A stretch of DNA of 63,500 nt, filler included, from Collodictyon triciliatum (lineage: Eukaryota): assembly GCA_043381765.1 (NCBI GenBank). It is 12 parts of 12 records of this genome, joined end to end, with 100 filler letters (N's around TTAATTAATTAA, not from the genome) between each part and the next. Parts side by side here need not be neighbours in the genome. Positions count along the whole stretch, not along the records: positions 49,105 to 54,454 come from JBHJMP010005279.1; positions 54,555 to 59,900 come from JBHJMP010005280.1; positions 60,001 to 63,500 come from JBHJMP010005404.1; 9 more parts are not named here. One strand, given 5' to 3'. A program made the translations under genes and the position numbers. The notes under the pieces are model-generated. The model was given only the letters and a program-made list of their open reading frames with translations. It was not told the origin of the DNA and made no database searches. This document shows, piece after piece, positions 54,339-63,500 of the stretch (positions are counted from its first letter, which is position 1; every line of letters begins with the position of its first letter).

Positions 54339-54554
54339 GCCCGCTACTTTCCCTCTCCCAAGGACTTCACCACAAGTCCTATCCTGAAAGGAATCCCTGG
54401 GCCTCTTATCAAGCCCCAGGGTCTTTACTTCCTTTCCTATTCCTCTTCATCATCNNNNNNNNNNNNNNNNNNNNNNNNNNNNNNNNNNNNNNNNNNNNTT
54501 AATTAATTAANNNNNNNNNNNNNNNNNNNNNNNNNNNNNNNNNNNNNNNNNNNN

Positions 54555-54642
<88 letters not shown>

Positions 54643-54763
54643 AAAACAAAACAAAAATAGTTAAAAAACCCATAACGAAACAACACTGTCACAGCCACGA
54701 AATCATCCTCTTAACTCACTTTTGCACCTTCTTTCCCTTCCAGCAAGCACTCTCGACCCAGGA

Positions 54764-55765
54764 ATGGTGAGCTCAAATCTCTTATATTTTGATACATAAA
54801 AATTTCTTACAGGATCATGCGTGTCGAAACGTATTGATGCAGAGCGACTTTCCTAGACACATTGATATTATATTACGTACCTGGACTATGAATGCGCCAC
54901 ACTCTCATGCCCCTTTTTGTTTTGTTTTGTTCAGCCGCTTAAAGTACTATTTTCTTCCTCTTCTCGCCAGGCGAACGCACTCCGTCCTTATCTGAATGCT
55001 ATCCGCTCCACGCTCACAGCGGCTATGTGTCTGGAGAACTTCGGCTCTCAGGTTGTTGAGCGCCACAACAAGCCCGAAGTTGAAGCTCAGTTTGTATTTA
55101 TATTTGTATATGTATATGTATTTGTATTTGTATCCATATTTTCTCACTATATCTTCTTTTCTTATCATATCTTCTTTTCATGTCATTAATCAATCCAGAG
55201 CAACACCTGAAGTCGTGTTAGCTCCCCTGGTCATCTCTCGAAATGAGCAAGAAAAATGCCTCATCGAAACTTCCATAAACTCCGTTCGTGTCTCCATAAA
55301 GATCAAGGTTTTAACTTGACTCATAACCTCCATCGCTTTCTATCACAAAGTGTGCTTGATGGTCCAATTAACCTTGCATTTTTTTTTGAGTTGTGAGATT
55401 TACCTGCGTTGTTTCTTATAACACACAAAACGTATTTAAACATGAAGGAAAGAAAGAAAAAACAAACAACTACCACTTCAATAATTGGAATCTAAATTTG
55501 CGGTTCTAAAGCAATACACTATTAATTACTGCATCTTTAAATACCTTTTTTTCTAATGTATTATGGCCTTTTTTCTTCTTCTTCTTCTTTAACCTTCTCT
55601 CTTGCCTCTTAAGCCTTTGTAATTTGTTAAATAAATTTTATTATGTATAGCAATCTGACGAGATAGAAAAAATGCTGGTCAAAAGATTCACACGTTTCCT
55701 TATGCAACGCGCAGAAAATTTCGTGATTCTCCGCCGAAAAGCCGTGAAGTACCAAGATGAAGTGC

Positions 55766-55801
<36 letters not shown>

Positions 55802-56219
55802 CCCATAAAAATTTTTTTTTTTTTATTTTTTTTTGGGAACTCTTAAAAAACAAACAAACAAACAAACAAACAAACAAACAAACAAACAAACAAACAAACA
55901 AACAAACAAACAAACAAACAAACAAACAAACAAACAAACAAACAAACAAACATAAAATATCTCTTATCACCAAATTTTTATACGGAAAGGACATATAATC
56001 GGTAATACACCCCCTTTTAAACTCATTCATACCATGTAGCAATACGACGTCAGCTTCCTCATCACAAACTTCCACACTGAAACCATGTACAAGCATAAGC
56101 TTGTTGACTTTGTTGTGCAATTTGTGGAGGATATCGACAAGGAAATCTCCGAGATGAAGCTCTCTGTCAACCAGCGCGGCCGCATCGTTGCCCAAGAATT
56201 TCTCAAGACAATGACATAA
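54764..56219 (+). CDS. ARPC4: Arp2/3 complex subunit 4 (p20-Arc), 5 exons; first coding exon is only the ATG
   Basis: [39 protein letters not shown]...[23 protein letters not shown]...[16 protein letters not shown]...[23 protein letters not shown]...[22 protein letters not shown]. Confidence 0.97.
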
Positions 56220-57014
56220 ACGCCTCCGCATTGTAAGTGCAACTTTCTCTCCCCTGCCCCTTATTATTATTATTTAAAAAAAAATACAAATATTCGTCTT
56301 AACTAAGCTTTACTACGTGCCGCCTCCGTTTCCTTTCGTAGCAACATTTAATTACATGGCATACATGGCAATTTATCTGATTGCTGCATTTGCCGTGTGG
56401 CTTTTTCTATGGGTACATCCTTCGCATTGAAAAAAAAGAAAAAGAAATAAGGAAATGTGTAATGACATATTCTTCCTTCAACTAGGCCAGTCATGAATGC
56501 GCTTTCAGCTCTTCATGAATAATCCGGTTCGTCTGTCATGGAACATTCCTTATGTCATGAATCATCCGAGACCGAATCGCTAAACTACCAGCAAGGACAT
56601 GATTGAGTAGCACTTGCGCAACAGTAAACAATAAAAGACAACCCATAAAAGGAATACGGACACATGCCTTCAATCAAATCCATCCTGTGCACCATTTATT
56701 CACTCGCTTCAACCCCTCCATTCAAGGTAGCAAAATAGGATATACTAGATCTTATTTTCCTGTTTCAACTGTTTATATTTTTTGAAAACAGTATGGCACA
56801 CCTTTCCTCCATGTGAGTCGTATATATTCTACACGTGCCGGCTCTGTGCCTCTGTTATTTTTGTATCATCGCAAAGACTCTCACAGAAACGAATGCATAC
56901 ACCTTCACAAACTACGATGGGTTGGTGTAATCTAAAACAAAACGAAAGAAAACAAACGAAAGAAAAAAAAAACACCAGGGACATGGAACCATCCACCATT
57001 ACAACACGACCATA

Positions 57015-57796
57015 TCACTTTCCCTTGCGAGGCAGAATCGGAGAAGCCAACGGACTCTGCGACCGAGGAGCATAATCCGACCGCATCCCGTCACCTCCGC
57101 TGGAAGCGAGACGGCCGTCTGACGAGAGATATCGGCGTTGCGGCGATGGGGATAGCAAAGAGACAGGCGAGAGCGGCGTTTGGAATGGAGGCATATTGCG
57201 AAGCAAGTGCCGGAAACGGCGCTCGACTGTTGGAGTCTGGGTTAGATTGTGCGCTTGATTTTGAGTCTGTGTTTGAGCTTGGTTCTGATTCCTGGGCTGT
57301 GACTCTGTCTGCATATCCCCCTCTAAAGACTCTGTTGTGCTGGTGGGTAAGAAGTGGACGGAGTGCGGCTGCCTTGCGGTTCCGTGGGGCTGTCTTGCTC
57401 GCCACGGCGTTGATATTGGTATGTTTGGCAACACTCGACCAAGAAGAAGACCCAGCGTTTCAAGAGATGTAGAGTGCGAAAGCAAAGGAGCAAGGATGGA
57501 GACAATCTCAAACATGAGCATGTCTTGGTCCAAAGGGCCGGTCAGGTCTGTCACGCGGATGCGCAGAAAGGCTTGGATGAGTGCATCAGGGAAAAGGCGA
57601 AGGCATAGATGCATGGCTGATAAGACGAGCCGTCGATCAGCATTCGGGACTAGTAGAGTGATTAGCGAGCGTGTGAGTGAAAATGCTGTTTGCAATAGAA
57701 ATACAGACAGATATGCAATTTCGTGGGTTCAAACAGAAATTTAACAAAATAATATAAAATACAACATTAAGTAATAATATGCTTCGTCCATTGCAT

Positions 57797-57865
<69 letters not shown>

Positions 57866-59640
57866 ACGTGTTGAGCAGGGCCAAGGTTCAGTTTGGGAGT
57901 CATCGGAATCATAGCTGGGAATGGAGCGAACTGGACGTGAGAGAACAAGCAAAGAACGAGCGAGGAGATGTGTGTCCTTCAAGATAGATGGGATGGCGAA
58001 GGGCGGTGTATTTGGGAGTGATATCTGTCCGAGAAGGCACTGCTTCAATCCACAGCCATAAGGGTCATACAGATAGGAACATGTGCAGCTGTAGTACAAC
58101 GACAAAGATGTGGGAAAATTCATAGGGTCGCAGTAGATTTGAGGGTGCCCGCTTGGAGAGAGACATCGAATGGACATTTCTCCCAGTAGAATCGGAGCGT
58201 CGCTTTGCTGCTCATTCTCCTTCAATGGTAATCCCCTTTGCATGTAATCGTGCTGGATTGACCACGAATAAAGACGGGCAAGTTCAATAATATCTCGCTT
58301 CTTAGCTGTGGTTACAATCATTCTCTTGTAGTGGGCATAATCGCTTGGATTTGTCTGGTCTAGGTATATACCAGCCAGCAGCTCAGAGAGGAGTGGTCCT
58401 GAGAACCATGAATCGAATCCATGTGCATCAAGAATCTGGACGATTGAGAGTGAGTGTGTTCCCAGGATCTTATTCAGCAAACCGAAAGCAGGCTTATCTG
58501 TCCAAAGCAGCCCACTCGAGCGAAAAAATGGTATTCTCTTTGAACGAGGTAAGCGTGAATCTTTCGTCGGTGGGGATGACTGACATTCGGTTGGTGATTG
58601 TATGGTGCTGTGTAACAGGGCCGGTATAGGATGTGCATTGGAATCTGTGATGGGGTTTGGACAAGAGCTGCTTCGCGACTGGCTTTGGCAGCATTGACTA
58701 CATGTGCACAAAGAGAAGCAGGACGACGTTGATAGCGATGCAGCAAAAGGGGCGGTATTGGTAATATGAGAGTCGACGATAAACGATTCGGATTCAGAAA
58801 GATGTGTCGTTGATATATGCGATACGCATTGCGGATCACATAGCTTTTCAGTTTCGAGCGTATCAAAAACATGAACGCGTACACAAGAGTTTGATGCTGC
58901 CTCTCTAGAACTCCATCCAAGGAGGACACCAATTTTTGTATGATTGGAATCACTGGAATCATCCTTGATACGAACATAAAAAGTATCATCGTAATCAACC
59001 CAGAGCTTAGCATACGAATGTGGTCTCCAGGTATCTGTAGTGGCAATACTCCATGAGTTATTATGTATTATATCCATAAAATAATTTTTATTATACAACT
59101 GAAATGATCCTAACCAAGTAAATTGAATTGGCTGAATTCTCGAAATGAGCTGATATCATACTCGATTTAGTTTCTTATTATTAATATACTCGAGTTCAGA
59201 CCTTCTAATTTTTGAAGCCCGGAGCTAAGGAATTGCTTCATATTAGTATCTAGAGCAAGGTGTACAGGCTCAAGACCTTTGGCATCGCGGACATCCCTCT
59301 GAGGTTTCCCCCCCAAAAAATTTATCAATTTGAATATTTGTTTACATTTTTCATAAAACTGAGTTGCGAATATGTAAAACTTTATTTATTCTACTTTTCA
59401 ATATGCACAAGATGAACATAATAAAAGTTAAGCTACAAATATTACAATGGCTCCCGATGCACATAATAGCCTAGCGATTGTGACCGATGACGAGTGCGCC
59501 GCCAAATGAAGTGGTGTCCACTGCATTACTGGGGTCTCCAAGTTGGGGTTTGCACCAGCAGCGAGAAGCAAACGAACACACTCATATGAGTTACTTGCAA
59601 CAGCCAGGTGGAGCGCCGAGTATCCGTTTCTGTCAGTGGT
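57015..59640 (-). CDS. Ankyrin-repeat protein with a long unknown C-terminal region; 5'-truncated, 4 or more exons
   Basis: DRNGYSALHLAVASNSYECVRLLLAAGANPN, WTPLHLAAHSSSVTIARLLCASGA and DAKGLEPVHLA splice in frame into ORFs 57767-59098 and 57015-57695. Confidence 0.8.
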
Positions 59641-59789
59641 CTTTCAAAAAATAACAAGCAGACATAATAATAAATTAAAATATTAATCATCAAATTACGG
59701 GGATGTATTTATTCTTATAATTTATATTGTATCTGCACACTGCCAGATGATAACTGGAAAAAGAGGGTAAAAACTGATTTATCGATAAT

Positions 59790-59900
59790 GAAAATAGAAT
59801 GAAAATAGAATGAAAATAGAATGAAAATAGAATGAAAATAGAATGAAAATAGAATGAAAATAGAATGAAAATAGAATGAAAATAGAATAAAAATAGAATA
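59790..59900. repeat. (AAAATAGAATG)n 11-bp minisatellite at contig end
   Basis: About 10 copies, directly visible. Confidence 0.95.
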
Positions 59901-60058
59901 NNNNNNNNNNNNNNNNNNNNNNNNNNNNNNNNNNNNNNNNNNNNTTAATTAATTAANNNNNNNNNNNNNNNNNNNNNNNNNNNNNNNNNNNNNNNNNNNN
60001 TTTTTTCTTTTTTTTTTTTTTTTTTTTGGGATTCATTTTTCCTTTTTTTTTTCCTCCC

Positions 60059-60089
<31 letters not shown>

Positions 60090-60661
60090 ATATATATTCT
60101 CTCACTGTTTGTCTGTGGGGCTAATCTTTGGGTATCTAACAGCGAGCGTCGTTTGGCTGATCATTTTGGAGGCAAACAGCACCTAGGCTTTGTTCAAGTC
60201 AGGGAGAAACTGGAAGAATTAAAAAAGAATGTAAGTCGCATGATGAATACATCCGCGTGCGCTGTTTTCTAGATCATGAAAACACTCACACACACATACA
60301 CACTCACACTCGAACTCAATAGTCATCGAGCTCAAGCAGGAGCCGCGGAAGTTCTGAGAGCACAAGGTAAGCAAAGCAACAGACCTTTCCCATATCCACA
60401 TCCACATCCACATCCACATCCACACCCCCTGATGCTTGTCTCCCTCTGACACGGGCTCTGCCTTTGCACATTCGTGACTGCACCGACCACGATGCGTATT
60501 GTAGGGACAGACAAGACCGAGACAAGGAGAAAGGGCGGGACAGAGAAAGAGAAAGAGACCGGGACCGAAACAGGGACAGAGACCGTGATGGAGACCGAGA
60601 CCGCGAACGAGACCGAGACCGTGATAGAGAAAGAGAGCGGGGTCGAGACAGAGAGCGGGGT

Positions 60662-60700
<39 letters not shown>

Positions 60701-60863
60701 CGCTGACAACCCGCGTGCATCGTGAACATCCCCGGCACGCACCATAAAGCGGCGGCACAGGCAGGCGTCTCTGTTGCCTTGACAGGATGAGGGCGAGGGC
60801 AGGGCAAATGCAAGGCAAGGGCGAGGGCAGAGACCGTGGCAGAGGGTCGCTTTATGGGGCGGC

Positions 60864-62753
60864 CTAGTGGGCATGGTAGAAGACAATGTCGCCCTGGTCG
60901 TCGACGAAGCGGCAGTGCTTGTACGAGTGCCACAGGGCCTTCGCGATGGGCGTGTCGTCGCGGAGGTAGTAGTCGCCGAGGACCTTGCGGAGGGCTCTGT
61001 GCGTGGGGGTGGGGGTGGGTGCGGGACATCATGTACGGTACAGGATGAGGATAAGGATGATAACAGGGGGGCGGGGGTGGGTAGCGTCTCGACTTACACG
61101 GTGGCCTCCTCGGCGTGGTAGTGCGGCAGGTACGAGAAGAGATGGTGGCAGACGTGCGTGTCGTTGATGTGGTGCAGCAGGTTGTTGAGGACGAAGCCAA
61201 AGTCGCGGTCCACGGTGGCCAGTGCGCCGCGCAGCCAGTTCCACTCCTGCGGCAGGGAGATGGGGGTGATGATGATGGTGATGATGGTGATGATGGTGAT
61301 GATGTGGTGGTGATGATGGTGGTGGTGATGATGGTGGTGGTGATGATGGTGGTGATGGTGGTGATGATGATGAGGGGGTGAGGGGCTCGGCTTGCCTTCC
61401 CGCGGTAGTGGGGGAGGTACGTGTCGGTGTGTTGCAGGTAGGTGATGAGGGTGAGCCAGAAGTTGACGACAAAGTACGGGATCAGGTACAGCACGACCAC
61501 CGTCCTGGCCGAGGTGATGCTGACGAGGTAGGCCAGCACCCCGACCCACGCAACGAGGGCGGCGTCCGTGATCAAGACCTTGGTCCTCATGTTTGTCGGC
61601 AGCAGGACGGACCCGGCGCGGAAGTGCGACGCGCCCTGTGGATTCCGCACAAGTGAGTGAGGGCCAGTTGATCTCTTGCGTGCGTGCGTGTTGAGCCGTG
61701 TGGAGAGAAAAAGAGAGAAGAATAGGGAATGGTGCAGAGGCAAAGCACGGCGGGTTGGCCAATGCCTCGTGCCATATGTCTTCTCGGTTCCAAAGATGTT
61801 GTTTGCGACTCCGTTTTTTGTTTTCACTCACTCTCACAGCAAGCAAAGCGGAGAGACCAGGGCTGGGCTCTTTCGACAAGAAATGCGTACCTTGTTCTTT
61901 GCGGGCCCAGTCACATTGGTGGTCAGGTAGGTCAGCCAGCCGAAGACAAGCATAATGACGATCCCGAACGCCGCCTGGAAGGTGGTCAGGGGCAGCTTGG
62001 CCTTGGTGTAGCGCGAGCGAAGGTCAGGCACAAACACCTCGTCATTGTCCATGTCTCCTGTGCTCTTGTGATGCTTGGCATGGCTCACTAGGAACAGACG
62101 AAACCCAGTCGCCCGTGAGAGATTCGCCCAAAACACAAGGCATGCAAGCCCGATGAGCTGAGTCAAGCAGCAGCAGCAACAAGAAAAACAACGAGACAAC
62201 CCCATGCATAAAAAAAAAGAGAGAGATGGTAGACGCTTACACTGCCACGAGTAGTACGGTACCAATAGCACGGTATGTGCGATCAGTCCGACAAAGTCAT
62301 CGAAGGCCTCCGAGGGCGAAAACGCGTGGTGGCCACACTCGTGGGCGAGGACCCACAGCCCGGTCATGACGGTTCCCTGTTTGTTTGGATTCATGGAATG
62401 ATGAGCGCAAGTGTTGCTGGGCGGGCGACAAGTCGTCCCGAGGCCGCAGGAGAAAGAGCTGCCAAAACTGGCGGCCAGCAAGACAGGAGGCAAACCTGGG
62501 CGATCCAGTAGCCCAGCCAGAGGGCAGCCGAGAGGAGCGGGTGAAGAGTCGCCTCGTAGCGCACCAGCATAACGCCCGCGGCGAGCAGAGCGCTGATGAG
62601 CGTTATGTCGCGCGTCAGATAGTAGAGGGAAAGGGCGTACGAGCGCTCGAAGCAGTGCGCCGGGATGGCCTTCTTGAGGTCGGACACCTTGAATGGCGGC
62701 GGTGGTTTGACACTGCGCTGCAGCGTGTTCGGGCTCTTGGCTTCGTTCGGCAT
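60864..62753 (-). CDS. FAD2: Delta-12/omega-6 (FAD2-type) fatty acid desaturase, 6 exons, one GC-AG intron
   Basis: [20 protein letters not shown]; His boxes HECGHH, HAKHH and [36 protein letters not shown]. Delta-12 versus bifunctional delta-12/15 specificity cannot be resolved from the sequence. Confidence 0.93.
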
Positions 62754-63339
62754 GGCGACTCTTCTGCGGGGTGGTCTGGTGGGTGCGTGGGCGTGGGCGT
62801 GAGCGTGTGAGTGTGGGCGGCAGATGTCGTCTCTCGGGCGTGTGGGAATAGTCGCTGTGGCGCGCGGTGGTGTGGTAGAGCCGATCAGAGGGAAAATTCT
62901 CGGGGCGGAGGATTTGCTGGCGCGAGTCGTTTATAAATGGCGTTGTGACGGGATGGTGATGCAAGGATGTGGTTTTGACACACAGGATGACGCAGTGTGG
63001 TCGGCCACATATATCCTCTCTGTATTTAGGAATAGATGGGGGGAATCTAATAACCAATGCAGGAGTTTTAAAATGAACCACTCATTATACTTTATTTTGA
63101 ATATATATACATAATTAATTGGTATTATACTATTTGAATTATTTAATGGGTCATTATAGGAAGAATATACGGTCATTCTATTTGTTCCGCATTTGATGGA
63201 ACAAAAAAGTCATCATCGACCTGAATATCCCGGATTCTGATCATGTTTGAGGAGCTCTTGTTTGTGGGATACCCCTGCCCCAAATCGTCGTCGCCAATGG
63301 TGGCTGGAAGCCTTTCCCCCCTTTTTTTAGCCTTTGCCT

Positions 63340-63373
63340 TACTTCTTTCTTTCTTTTTTTCTTTTTCTTTTTC

Positions 63374-63421
<48 letters not shown>

Positions 63422-63431
63422 TTCTTTCTTT

Positions 63432-63499
<68 letters not shown>

Positions 63500-63500
63500 T
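63340..63500. repeat. (CTTT)n microsatellite
   Basis: Directly visible. Confidence 0.95.

Noticed and set aside
60219-61879. RS-rich, poly-His and RD/ET-repeat ORFs resembling SR splicing factors
   Set aside because: They are translations of (GAGACC)n and (CAT/CAC)n microsatellites in the FAD2 intron and 3' flank.

Overview
The window is not contiguous DNA. It is 12 unrelated contigs of about 5.35 kb each, joined by artificial 100-nt spacers (N44-TTAATTAATTAA-N44). They come from an intron-rich, microsatellite-rich eukaryotic microbe; an amoebozoan-like protist is inferred, not proven. Host genes reconstructed by hand-splicing are BRF1, a hybrid histidine kinase, a DUF4062 protein, cullin-1, a GPI-anchored DUF4397-like protein, LST8, an LRR-TKL kinase-SAM gene, two LRR genes, ARPC4, an ankyrin protein and a FAD2-type desaturase. 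Degraded elements are a TKL kinase pseudogene, a LINE zf-RVT remnant and a piggyBac transposase relic, and there is a ~276-bp satellite array. The stand-out contig (43657-49004) is intronless, densely packed and virus-like. It carries the C-terminus of a Polinton-like-virus/virophage-type minor capsid (penton), a 760-aa fibre protein with phage-tail-fibre repeats and an adenovirus-like YPYD N-terminal motif, a long coiled-coil gene split by a dinucleotide frameshift, and an AT-rich hairpin formed by the two converging stop codons. All family assignments come from motif recognition by eye; no searches were run.
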